Assembly: GCA_046563655.1 (NCBI GenBank)
Contig: CM102283.1
Coordinates: forward strand, 3,162,001 to 3,226,000
Reading direction: 5' to 3'
Origin: Yuukianura sp. NJ FZ-2021
Lineage: Eukaryota
DNA length: 64,000 bases
This document shows, in pieces, positions 11,591-23,218 of this stretch (position 1 is its first letter; the number at the start of each line of letters is the position of its first letter). The notes beneath the pieces were generated by a model, which was given only the letters and a program-made list of their open reading frames with translations, had not been told where the DNA came from and ran no database searches. A program made the position numbers and the translations under genes.

Positions 11591-14500
11591 TTGAAAAATT
11601 TGAAGAAAACTTTTGAAAAACTTTTTTTCGAAACTGTTTTTTTCTGAAAAACTGGCACTTTTTTGTTTCTTGTGGCCTTGCTTGGTGGTTCTTCGAATTG
11701 AATCTAGTTGCAACGGTCTAGTTCCTTATTGGTTGTCATTCGACAGCGGCGCGGTCACCACCGTGGCAACTCCACCGTGGCAACTGCACCCACCACCCAA
11801 GAAAATTTTGAAGTTGGTGCAACTTCAAAATTTTGCACCTTAAAAAACTTTTTTTTCGAAATGAAAACTCAAAAACCGTTAGCGTTGCTAACGCTGAGTC
11901 GAGGTGAGAAAAGTCAATGAAGCGGGAACTTTTAAATCAAGCAAAACTGAATTTCAATGAAAAAAAAACTGTGTTTTTTGCAATGTTTTTGCTCAACTGT
12001 GTTTTTTAAGTGTTTTTCTTCAAACGGAAGCACTGGAGTGTAAAAATGTTCAATTAACTAACCGTTAGATAAGGCTACACTCGTCAGTCACACTTTTCCT
12101 TGAAAATTCAATTTTAAAAAGTTGTAAAATTTAAAACGGGTTTCTTCAAAAAAGTTAATGCAATTTCTAAAGTGTAATTGTGTAAAATTTTTAAAGTTTT
12201 AGGAGGAGATGGTGCCTGAAGAAACAATTGGAGACGACTGACTCTGGTCTTTTCATTTCAACAATGAAAACTTCCTCTTTTTTCCACGATTTTGACGCCA
12301 AGAATGGCAAAAGTTTTTCCTCCACGGTTACTTTACTATTGTTAACTTTTGAAAAGTAACCGCAAACTTTCAAGAAAAAGTGACAAAGAACTTATAACTT
12401 TTCAAAAAATAAGCAGATTTACGGTAAAATAAAAAAAGAAGAAAAAATCTATGAAAAGATAATGAAATGCAGAACTTTTTTTTGTCGAAGAGTCTAAGCG
12501 TTTTTAAAAATGATTTTCGTATTTTGCGGTTTTACCGGATGAAATTAGTAAAGCTTTCAAATTTCCAAATTTGCAAATTTTGTGCAAAATATCTTTGCAC
12601 AGAGTCTGTCATTCTTCTATTGTTAAAAACTTTCGTTATTGTTCCTTTTATAAACTATTTAAAACGCAAATTGCTTTTTAAAAACACAAATTTCTTGGTT
12701 CTATCAAATCATCTTGCCAAAATTTTGTGCGCATCCTCCTCAAAAATTTGCACAATGAAAACAAAAGGCAATTTTTTTTGCACAAAGCAAAATTTTTACA
12801 CAGAAAAAAAAAGGAATCCGCCACCTAATTAACTGCAGTTTCCTTTTTCCTCATTTCAAAAAAGTTAATTACTGACAGACATTTTATGTTTCTTTCTCGG
12901 CCGTGTGAGTTTACCTAAAACTTTCTGTTTCAGATTTTTCAAAATTTTCAAAAAAAAAATGCTTTTTTATCTCTTTGAAAGGAATTCGCAAATTACAAAG
13001 TCCGTTAACAGAGAAAGTAAAGTAGGTGAAATATGGAGGAATGCAGACAGATTTAAATCAAGCAAAAAAAATTTTTTTTTACCACAAAAATGACAAAGAG
13101 GGAAAAACTTTTTCTTTCTTTTCAGTTTTGTGTCACTCATAAATTCCCACCTACATAAAATTTTGTCTTTTTCTTGTCATTCTGCGGTCACTGACCTCGT
13201 GACCTACAAAACTGTCAAAACTCACAATTATAAAAACCATACATAGTTTTTCATTTCTGTTAAAAAGTACAACAAAATGGTCAGTTGACATGTGCGTAGT
13301 GATGACCTAAATTTGAAATGCAAAATTTTGACAAAAAAGATGAAAAGAAAAGACAAACTTTTTTTTTTTGTAATTCCCTATTTACCTACTCGCTCATCAT
13401 CAAGCATGTCGTTAGCCTACATAAAGACATTGAAAATAAATTCCAAATTTCCTTTTTTTCAAAAAATCAAAATTCATGTTTTTCCAAAGTGTCAATTTTT
13501 TCGAAATCGCGTTTTAAAAACTTTGCCAAAGAATTCCTTGCTAATGATCATGAACTTGATATAGTTGGTTACAAAATACGTCCACCTTGCCCAATTTTGC
13601 AAATTTGTCATTCATTGTGTTCCAAATTTGAAATTTGTCCCGTTTTAGACACTTTTGACTAATTTTTGACAATGAGAGGAATTAAACAAAGAAAAAGTAA
13701 ACAAGTGGAACTGAGAAGGGACAGTTTTTTTCCAAAACGCTGATTTTTTGAGCAGTGGTTGCTGACGTGTGGTAAAATTTTGAAATTGTCAAATCAGTTT
13801 TAAAAACCGTTACAACTGTGATTGGCAGCAGCTGATTTTTAAAGTAAGTTTAACGTGGAGACGCCTTTTAAGACTTCAGATGCTCAGACACCGTGAAAAA
13901 GGAAATGCTCCGTGGGTGACGCCGTCGTAAAACGTCACGGTGGAGCTGATGCACCGCGGTGGGCTGTTTTCAGAGGTTGCTTCAATCATGTCACTCCAAG
14001 TTGTCACTTCTTACTACCGGTCAGTTATTTCAAAATGTGTCAAAATTTCAAAAAAAAAAGTTTTGAATTTGTTTAAATTGAGTTTTTAGAACTGTGATTT
14101 TGTTGGTTGAAAAATTTAGTAGAAAAGTATGATGTTCGAAATGAAAGGAAGTGAAGGGAAGTGTACATGTAGTATAATGATTTCAGGCGAATGTGTGTTA
14201 AATTTTGTATAAATTGTGTCAATTTTTTTTTGAAAATTTGGTTTTTTTGAAAAGTAATTTTAACTCCAATGAAACCGAGACTTTTACCACACATGAGAAT
14301 CCGGTCACTGTTTTAAGACATTGTGTGGTGAAAAATGGGTTTTTTAGGAAAGAAAAACTTGAACAAAAAAAAAGTCAAGAAAACTTCTGTTTCTTTCCAA
14401 TTATTTAAAAAAACACTAATTTTTTTTCTTCTTTTTTTTTTGTTTATACCGAAGCTAAAATTTTTTTTTGCAATTTGGTATCAATTTCAAGCCACCATCA

Positions 14501-16458
14501 CCATTACAGGAGTTGTGGTAGGTTAGTTGTGAAATTTGACACTTCTTAATACAAAATGCTGTCACCCAGCTATTTTTAACACAATTTTTTGTTATGCAAA
14601 TGTTGTGGCTGCAATTTAAGAATTTTTTATGAATTGCGTTTCAATTTCCGTGTTGATTCAATCTAAGCTGTGAGTTTTATTTTACTTCTGCTCCTTTGGA
14701 ACGATAATGAAAGGGAGATGTAAAGATAAATCTTCAGTAATTAAAGTTTTGTTAAATGTAGTTAATTACTAACAGTTTACAAACCAATTAACCTGAATTT
14801 TACTTCCGTGAAATCCATACGGACATAACAGGAGGTAGAAATGCACACAGTGAAATTAGACACAAATTTTTGAAACAAGGTTACCACTAACGTAAATAGT
14901 CCGCAAAGGAAGAAAAAGCGTGGGAAAAACATACAAAACAAATGTATTTGCAGTGGTGGATGAAGTTTGTCACACATTAATAAGTTTTAATTGTGTAAAA
15001 CACACAAGACACAAAAAAAAGCTGTGGTTGAAGTACGGCAAACCTCCTCGTCATGTACCCAGTACAAAAACGAGAAACATTGAAATTGAAAAAGCACAAA
15101 ACCCGCGTTAAATAAAACTCACAACTGACAAAAAAAGGTTGAATTGAACTTCCCACTTAAGCACGTGGATACAGCAAGCCTAATTCTGGTTCACTTCAAC
15201 CAAAATTTTACAAAAAAAAAAAAAGACCCATAAAGCGTTAAATTTCCAAGTACTTTGAGTAATAAGCTATTGTCACTTTGGTTTTATTTTCACTTGAGCG
15301 TTTGAATAAAGATCTTTATCCTCCCTTTATTTGGAAAATATTAAAAAAAATGTCGCTTTTTCATCCAAAAATTTATCACTCCTTATTTTTTTTATTAAAA
15401 TGGAATTATAGAAAGGAGGAAACAATGGAGAGCAATAACTTATACAAAATTGGCACTAAATTTATGTACTAAAAAGTGAAATCTAAGGAAAGTTTGTTAG
15501 AATAAGGAAAACGACAACAAAAAAGTTTCATTCAGTTTCCTTTTCCGTAATTTTTTTTTCTTTTCCTATTTAGTAAAGGTTTATTACCTTTAATAAACCT
15601 CTTCAATTCAACTTTTTTTTTTGGAAATGATACAATTTTATTCCAATTCCTATTTGAGTCAGTGAGTCAACCATTTTTTCCTTTCCTTTCTCTCAAACAA
15701 TCAATGGAATTGACCGTGGAAAATTGCCAATTTGCGATTTCTGGGAATATTTCTAGCTACTGCACAAAAAAGTCAAGTTTACGTTTGATCTCGATTTTTT
15801 TCAGCACCAGCACCATTTGGAATTCAATACACGTCAAACCAAATGTGTTTTGCAGTCACACGTACACGCACGTACTAATCCGATTTCTTTATATACATCG
15901 TTATACTATGCATTACTATTTTAGAGTATACTTACAATAGAAACACAATAAAAAAAATCATGCATGACTTCCGTCTGAGACGCTTTGGTACTGCTTTATA
16001 AAAAAAAATTAAGTACGTTTTTATAAAATATTTCTGTCAAAATAACAGCAATTTTGTAATTTCAAAATTTTAAACTTATGCGTTTCAATTTCAAAAACAA
16101 AGAAACCTTACACTAATAAAAGAGAAAACAAATTATTCACTTTTGACAAAATAAAATCGCAATAAAATGAAAGTTTTTCATAAACTTGAAACCTAAATCT
16201 AAAACATTCCTAAATACATTAGAACATCGAAAAAAAAACAAAAAACGGAGTTCGGACGGACAAAAACATGCCGATTTCATTAGTTTTGGCTTAAAAACGA
16301 TAAAATCCTGATTTTTCTAGAGAAAATGCTAGTCTATACGCAAGGTAAATAGAATCCTAACGACAAAAAAAGAAGTAACGGCGAGTGCGGACGGACAAAA
16401 ATGTACAAAATTTCATTAGTTCAGAAACAAAATTTTTGTTGTTTTTCTGCTAAAAATG

Positions 16459-18450
16459 TTAATCTAAGCGCAGAATTTTTCTGAACGCTTTTTGATATTC
16501 CTGATTGGACACTCCGTAGATGATTGGATTGAGGGCAGAGTTGACATATCCAAGCCACGTAAAGACATGAAACCAAATGACATTCGGTTTCATTCCATCC
16601 GGACACAAGGAACCAATCACATTCAAGAATCCAAGCGGCAACCAACAAATCACAAAAGCCGCCATGATTATCCCGAGCGTCTTGGCAGCTTTTCTCTCCT
16701 TGGACAAACTAAATTTCTGCTTGTTGACCAAAAAAGTGCTAATTTGGGCCGACACTTTTCGTCTCCCTTGACTCTTCGTAGACTTGCCAATGCAACTGAC
16801 AGTCCCATTGCTTTCTTCTTCCGAGACGGTTGACTTTGGATCCAGTTTGTCTGTCGTGTCAGCGTCACTTGTCAACTCCATGCAGTTGACACGGGCTCTC
16901 TCACGCAGTCGCTCTTGAATGGCATAGTAAATCTTAGAGTAGATGACTGACATGATGATGAGGGGGAAGAACAGTCCACCAATGGCCAAGTGGAAGTTGA
17001 ATCCCGGGGAACTCGGCATCTCACAGGAGACGCCGTCGTATCGAATGGCCCAATCTTCTACAGCCAGGAGCGTGGGAGAGCCAATCCACAGTGCAATTAT
17101 CCACAGGAAGAAGATGTTGACGAGGACGTTCCTCAGGTTACGCTTCTGGACGTAATGGATACCGTCAGTAATGGCCCGGTACCGCTAAAAATAAAATCAC
17201 AATTTTGAAGGTGACAAAAAACTGAAAACAAGGTTCCTTGACAAAAATTTAGTATTCTTCAAAAGGTTACGTAATACCTGAGTTGTTTACAAGAAAAAAA
17301 AGAATACCAAAAGTATCAATTCCACAAAAGAGTTTCTGGTACTCTTTAGTATGTAAAATTTTTTTAAATTCGTTTATAATATCATGATTACGTTGACCTT
17401 AAATAGAAATTATTATTATTGTTATTTTTTTTTTGTAAAATCTAAGAAAAGCACGAGTTATTATGCAACCTGTTAAAGAAAAATGGCAACAAACCTTGAC
17501 CATAAAAGTTTGAATTTTTTGTCGGGAGTGCTTACGTCAATTCCGATGGCGCAGAGATGAAAAATGGAGACGCAGCATAGTGAGACGTCCATGACCAAGT
17601 AGACTTTACACATTGCGTCTCCGAAGATCCATTTCTGGAGGATGAGTGTGGTCATGTTGTAGGGCAGGACGAGCAGCGCCACGCCCATGTCAGTCATAGC
17701 GAGTGACACAATGTAGATGTTTTGTGGAGTGCGGAGTGACCTCTTGGTGAAAACTGCTATGACAACCAACAGATTTCCGAGGATGATGGACAAGGTTATG
17801 ATAACGAGGGGGACCAAAGTCAGGACCGCTGCTGTGGTGGACATCATTTCGGGCATTCCGGATCCGGAAGTATTCGATGTGCTCCATGGTGGCACAAGAC
17901 CTGTGGAGGTACCAGAGGTACCCAGTTGGGTAGTACAGTTGACGTATACTGTATTGATGATTGTAGAACTACTGGAAGTTTCGGTACCGTTGAGCCAGGG
18001 TGAAGCGGTTGGTAGGAAGTCTGAGGTACCGGTACTGTTTTTCCAAAATGACGGCAGAAATCCGATGGTACCGTTTTTCCACGGCGGAAGGAATTCCGCG
18101 GTACCGTTTTGCCAGGATGAGGGAACGATCAATTCAGCGGTACCGTTTTGCAATGACGGGAATACCGAAGAATCTGTGGTACCGTGGGGCAAAAGCGTAC
18201 TTGAAAAAATGGTGGGAAGCTCAGACGTTGACATCGTGTCGGTATGGTATTCTGTTGAGGTCACTGGCAGTATTTCACTTTTGTCCCACTTCCAAGGTGG
18301 ATACTTCTCAGCAGTATTTGCAGTAGTATTGGCAGCAGTATTGTCAGCCATACTTGCACTAATGTTGTTTTGACTGTGGTTGGGTGAAGTTATTCCGAAC
18401 TTTCCATTGCCCAGTACGTTCGCTAGTGTCCAAATCGCAGACGGATCCAT
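16459..18450 (-). CDS. Aminergic rhodopsin-family GPCR, tyramine-receptor-1-like, 2 coding exons (18450-17536, 17184-16459)
   Basis: GNLLV, LAMTD, TM3 Asp (LVMDV), D|RY across the intron, SLSKERKAAKTLGIIM, CWLP and WLGYVNSALNPIIY. Confidence 0.9.
17229..17498. mobile_element. CAAGGTTG-family MITE, older copy inside the GPCR intron
   Basis: Ends caaggttcc...aaaccttg; internal aggttacgtaatacct/gagttattatgcaacctgtt; degenerate TSD. Confidence 0.6.
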
Positions 18451-18824
18451 GTCACTTTAAGTTCCTGTAAATGAAAACACCAACCCGTACAACCAACTTG
18501 TAAATATTAGATACCAATAGCGTGAATATGGCTTAGTGAATAAGTAGTTACCGATTTGCCCCGATTCCATTTACATTTCATGCACTGCATATTCTGTACA
18601 TAATCTGTTCATATACTTAATCACTACTTTGTGTGTATCAGATCAATGCATAAAAAACGACAAGTTTATGTACAAAATATGCACGCTTTATGAATGAGTG
18701 GTATATAATATTGAAATAAACTGTGATCAAAATCAACGCCATTTAGACGAGTTTCAGATGATGTATTTTATTTATCAGTATTACGCTACAATATTTACAA
18801 AAGACTAATGGAGTAACAATTAAA

Positions 18825-20555
18825 TTAATTACAAAGTGGAATACAGAATACGCTCTGCTTGAATGGTAGGCAAATACATTTTTTTCTTAACAAATCTAGC
18901 TTGTAAGACATAACCGTTCGCTTTAAGGTTTTACAAAAGAAGATTCCAAGTAGTTTCGATTCACAAGGATAATGTTTAGCATTTTCGAGTACTCTGTAAC
19001 GCTTAACCAAAACAGTGCCTTTTGTAGTGTCAATGCTTTGTACAACACAAATATCGGTTTCATTTACAATGTAACAACATCCCACACCTACACTACTACA
19101 TTGAACATCAGATTTAGTGCCTCCTAAATCGAAACTGTTGCCTCTTTCTGTAATTCTATTAACAGTTTGCATTAAATGGTTGCTAGTACCATGAACTAAT
19201 TTTTTTAGTCTAGACATAAAACTCTCAAACTCGAAAGCACTAAAAGAGTCCAAGCTGCCATATTTCTTAACATCTTGTACCAAATGTAAAAGTGAGTGCA
19301 TATTATAAGTAATTAATTCACAGCCATATAACTCAGGAATCTGTTCAACAAATTTGCAAATTAATTGTGAGGCATATTTAAGCCAACTGGAATTCTTAGC
19401 TTGAGGAGATACTAAAATATACATAGCAGTATGAAATATCAGAAAATGTGAATACTTTTCTAGTGTCAAAATTCCTTTCAGTACTACCGGTCCTAAATAC
19501 AGCATAAACATTCTATACTCCACGGCTTTAAAATAAGCCAGGTAAGTAAGTGGACGAGGCTTCCTTACAAATTCCTTAGGAATAAATTTGCGGAGTCGCA
19601 CCATTCGACTGGAAATGCGTTCCAAGTCACCACTTGACAACTTGTAAGGACCCTTGCTCCAAACGATAAGCATTCTTTTCATAATACCTAAACAACATAG
19701 ATGCATATACTCCAGTGGTATCTCTGTAATTAGTCCTATGTTTAACTCAACAAGAGGCGAAAACCCAGTGTGGTGCTTCTTATAAATTTGATTTTTAAAT
19801 GAATTATTAGAATAAAGTGAAGTCACTTTAGCTGGGAAGCATACCCTATTGTTTTTCCAAGTGCCTCGGGCGTAACAACGTTCACAACTATAATAACCAG
19901 TATGCGGCTTTACACATTTTAAGAAAGACCGGGCGGGGGCATCGGCTATTATTGCCCTGAGAGTTATTGGATAAATCGAATTTTTGAATAGGATACCGTT
20001 TTGCTCTAAGTGTTTCATCTCCTCTACAAAATCTGCTAAAAACTCGTCAACATTTGTTGGCTTGTTATACGCGCTAAATAGTGAAATTACAAAAATTGGG
20101 TTTTTTCTAAATTCGGAAATTTTGCCTAATATTGGCCAAAATTGCAATTTGGAGCTTTTAGAAATGGGAAGTCCATCAATGTTCACAGTTAGTGTTAAGT
20201 TAGAAGACTTGGAAGGGACTTCACTTTCTAATATGCGCGTAATATTTTTTTCAATACCAAAATAAAACATTTCACCACCACTGGATTTTTTGGCGAGAAC
20301 TTTTCTAGGAGTCCTTAAAAAAGATCTGGAATCGCTAGGGAAGTTCTCATTTGGAAACCACGATGCTACTAGTTTTAGTAAATCACTAGTAGCAGCACCG
20401 GTTAAGTTATGTTTAAATACAAAATCTCGTAACTCACATTTTCTAGAAATAGTATTATTTACACTAATATTGGCATACTGTGGTGTAGTCGAATGATGAA
20501 TAGTGTCGTCAGCCAAAATCAGATTGTCTTCTCGAGGCGAAATCGCAGTATCCAT
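18825..20555 (-). CDS. CMC/EnSpm-type transposase (uninterrupted ORF; alternative upstream ATG at 20672)
   Basis: NIDGLPISKSS..FWPILG, ADAPAR..C...H.GYYSCERC, PLEYMHLCCLG, YNMHSLLHL and GSLDSFSAFEFES are motifs of animal EnSpm-like transposases. Confidence 0.88.
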   Translation of the reverse strand: MDTAISPREDNLILADDTIHHSTTPQYANISVNNTISRKCELRDFVFKHNLTGAATSDLLKLVASWFPNENFPSDSRSFLRTPRKVLAKKSSGGEMFYFGIEKNITRILESEVPSKSSNLTLTVNIDGLPISKSSKLQFWPILGKISEFRKNPIFVISLFSAYNKPTNVDEFLADFVEEMKHLEQNGILFKNSIYPITLRAIIADAPARSFLKCVKPHTGYYSCERCYARGTWKNNRVCFPAKVTSLYSNNSFKNQIYKKHHTGFSPLVELNIGLITEIPLEYMHLCCLGIMKRMLIVWSKGPYKLSSGDLERISSRMVRLRKFIPKEFVRKPRPLTYLAYFKAVEYRMFMLYLGPVVLKGILTLEKYSHFLIFHTAMYILVSPQAKNSSWLKYASQLICKFVEQIPELYGCELITYNMHSLLHLVQDVKKYGSLDSFSAFEFESFMSRLKKLVHGTSNHLMQTVNRITERGNSFDLGGTKSDVQCSSVGVGCCYIVNETDICVVQSIDTTKGTVLVKRYRVLENAKHYPCESKLLGIFFCKTLKRTVMSYKLDLLRKKCICLPFKQSVFCIPLCN

Positions 20556-20556
20556 G

Positions 20557-22049
20557 TTAAGCTGAATTTTCGGAAGAGGAAGACTTCTCTCTGGCCTCCT
20601 TTGAATTCTTTGCAGGTTTTGAACAACCTGCTGTTGAATTCGTCTTACTCGGCTTCGCCTCGGTGTCTCCATTGTCGTCTTTCTTAGAGTTTCGGAAATG
20701 ACGTCCAATAAATAAATTGAGTTTTGCGTCTGATGCGTCTTCGCCTTTGTATGTTTGCTGAACCGCAGCTGGAAATTTAAGATAAAAGTGTTAATTGAAC
20801 AATTTGTAGTAAAGAATCACAAAAAATGGAAATCGTTATACACAAAGTTAAGTTACCTCTCACAGCCAAAGCCAGAGTCAATCCACCGAAAGGAACTTTG
20901 CCAGAGTTATCCGTAATTCTCAGCTGTTTTCTTACATCCTCTGAGATTAGCAGACGTAGGGTGTTATATACCGCTTTCGACACTGGATATCCGCCGGCTT
21001 TGGACAACTCAGTGACCTTAGTATATTAACAAACACTTGGTAGAGAGTTGATTCTAGTTAAGTAATTAAAATAGTGTGATGTTGAGAATGCACTTACAAG
21101 GAACTGATATTGAGTTTGATTTTGAACTATTTGTTCTGCGATGTTCAACTCATCAATTGTTTTCAATGGCAAGGGAGGATACTCGTGACGTTGGGTGGTG
21201 ACAGTGTTTGATTGTGCAAGTGACAGACGAACAAATTTAGTCAAATCCACCATCTGTTGGTTTAAGCGCTCAAGACTCTCCAGCACTATCTGTTGGAACT
21301 CTGGAAAAAAGGAGTAAATCATTAGTTATAATAATAGATATAATTTCGTACATTAAATTGAAGAACGTCATTACCACGATGCTCATTTTGCATTTGCTCG
21401 AGGGAAACTGTCGACAGGACTGCGAATTCTCCAACGTTCTGTGTGACGCCAACTCCTGAAACACACATAGTCTCCAATAACTCAAATTGAATGAATGTAA
21501 TTAATGTTTGGGTTTGATCACCTGTATCTTGCACGGTTTGTTCCGAATCTGGATTGATTCCCAACACAAATTCCTCATGTAAGTAGGTAGTCGGTGGCGG
21601 AGGCAACGATTGGGATGCTGAAGACTGATTTTCACTCTCGCTTGTGTCCGCTAGATCTAACCTCCTGGATTTTCGTAAAATATTGGATTTCTTCACAGCC
21701 TTTTCGTGGGAATCTAAAAAAGAATACATAAATTTGGTTATGTGGAGGCACAATTGATTCAACTTTGATTATCTAACACATGCATCTTAAACCCTATACG
21801 CAATGAGCATTATCGAGTTATCCACTCACCAAATCCTTTTACGTATTCTATCTCATACTTGTCCCAGTTCTCGTCCGGTACAGATTCCGCGGATTTAGAG
21901 AGTAGTCCCACATTTTTTGTTTTTTTTGGTGGCCAGTGACACTTTAGGTTTCCTTCTTCTGGCGATATCCACTTCGACGGCACAACGGAGTATCGGTTTT
22001 CGTGTGGAAAGAATACTACTGAAAAGTTTTTGAATTGAACAGAAGTCAT
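20557..22049 (-). CDS. Transposon accessory protein (spliced; DUF4806-like C-terminus)
   Basis: FSVVFF..E..YSVVPSKWI..CHWPP N-terminus; PLPLKTIDEL, GGYPVSKAVYNTLRLLIS, and last exon ...LFIGRHFRNSKKD...ENSA*. Canonical GT-AG introns. Confidence 0.7.
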
Positions 22050-23218
22050 GATACTGGAAGGAAGAGAACTGTGGTCGACGAACAAACACACAAACAAACT
22101 GAAGTAGACAACGTGGTTTATAAACTGTATTCTTTGTATGACTAAACTGTATCATTCCATGAGGTGTGCACTTTCAGAACTGTATAGCATCATGCACATT
22201 TTGTAGCATGCTGAAACTGTGCATAAATCGCGCCACCTCAGATGATATCGTCAATACAACTTTCCTAGTCATCCAAACTATGTATTTTATTTACTCAAAG
22301 CCTATGACATAAAGTGTACCTGATAATGTATACATTTTCGGTGTATATTTTCATCCACGGTGGAAGTACATATTTCGGCTGCATATTTTTGGCACATAAA
22401 AACTAAATGAAAGTAACTGTGTAAAAATGACGGCATCTAATATTTACTCAAGTGACACATTTGGTTAGACACGTAAGCTTTATTCACAAAAAATTCACCA
22501 AATATTTTGCGATATTCACGAAATATATATTAGTGGTTGTATGGGAATTTACAAACAATTGCAATACAAAGGACAAAAAAACGTTGAAAATTTCGAAATT
22601 CTTACCACTAACCAGACAGTTTGACGCAATCGACCACAATTTCCACTAAAAAGAGTGTCACAAGAAAACTGTGATTGGGCATAATACTAAGAAGTGTTCG
22701 GTTAATTCATTACTCTAACAAACTTAACTTTTAGCTTTAACTTAGACTTTTACAAAAAGTAGGCACAAAAAACTTGCGGAAAGGACTTCCTGGACTTGTG
22801 TTCTGGATCATGTGACTTCCGTTCCTGTTTTCCAGAAAAAAAAGTTAGATTAATCATAGTGTTAGTTTGATTAATCATAGCATTAGTTTGATTAATTAGA
22901 CTAAAACAATTGTAAGGTATACAAATGCTTACCGTAGAGGCAAAGAAGCGTCCTGTAAAACTCCAGAATTTAAAACAAGTTTTTCAATTTTTTGAGGAAA
23001 ATTTTTTTTTGGAAAACGTTGTGTTAGCTTCCTTAAAATTTTAATAAGTTCATGGCGGGGTAAAAGCTAAACAGTCTATGAATGGATTTCGATGCCATTT
23101 TTAGTAAAAGTTACAGACGGTAAAATACACATAAAATTTGTGATGCGTTAGATTTGTTCTTGGCTATGTTGAAAAATTTCAGACATTTCAGTTTCGGAGT
23201 TTTTTAGAACAGAGAATT

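Larger units (their letters stand above)
18484..22545 (-). mobile_element. CACTA/EnSpm (CMC superfamily) DNA transposon, apparently full length, 4062 bp
   Basis: TIR CCCGTACAACCA / TGGTTGTATGGG (11 of 12 match); AA 2-bp TSD at 18482-83 and 22546-47; subterminal gtgaata motifs; carries two ORFs. Confidence 0.88.

Noticed and set aside
11850-16400. Many 60-120 aa F/K/L-rich ORFs
   Set aside because: AT-rich intergenic or UTR sequence with no domain motifs or coherent exon chain.
17717-18373. 218-aa plus-strand ORF
   Set aside because: Antisense shadow of the GPCR exon.
5134-18450. Ligand-receptor pairing of inotocin with the nearby GPCR
   Set aside because: The GPCR has aminergic features (TM3 Asp, KERKAAKTLG), not vasopressin-receptor motifs.
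20557-20768. In-frame splice fusion of the accessory ORF to the transposase
   Set aside because: The 20768 acceptor gives the accessory frame, which is offset from the transposase frame and stops at 20557.
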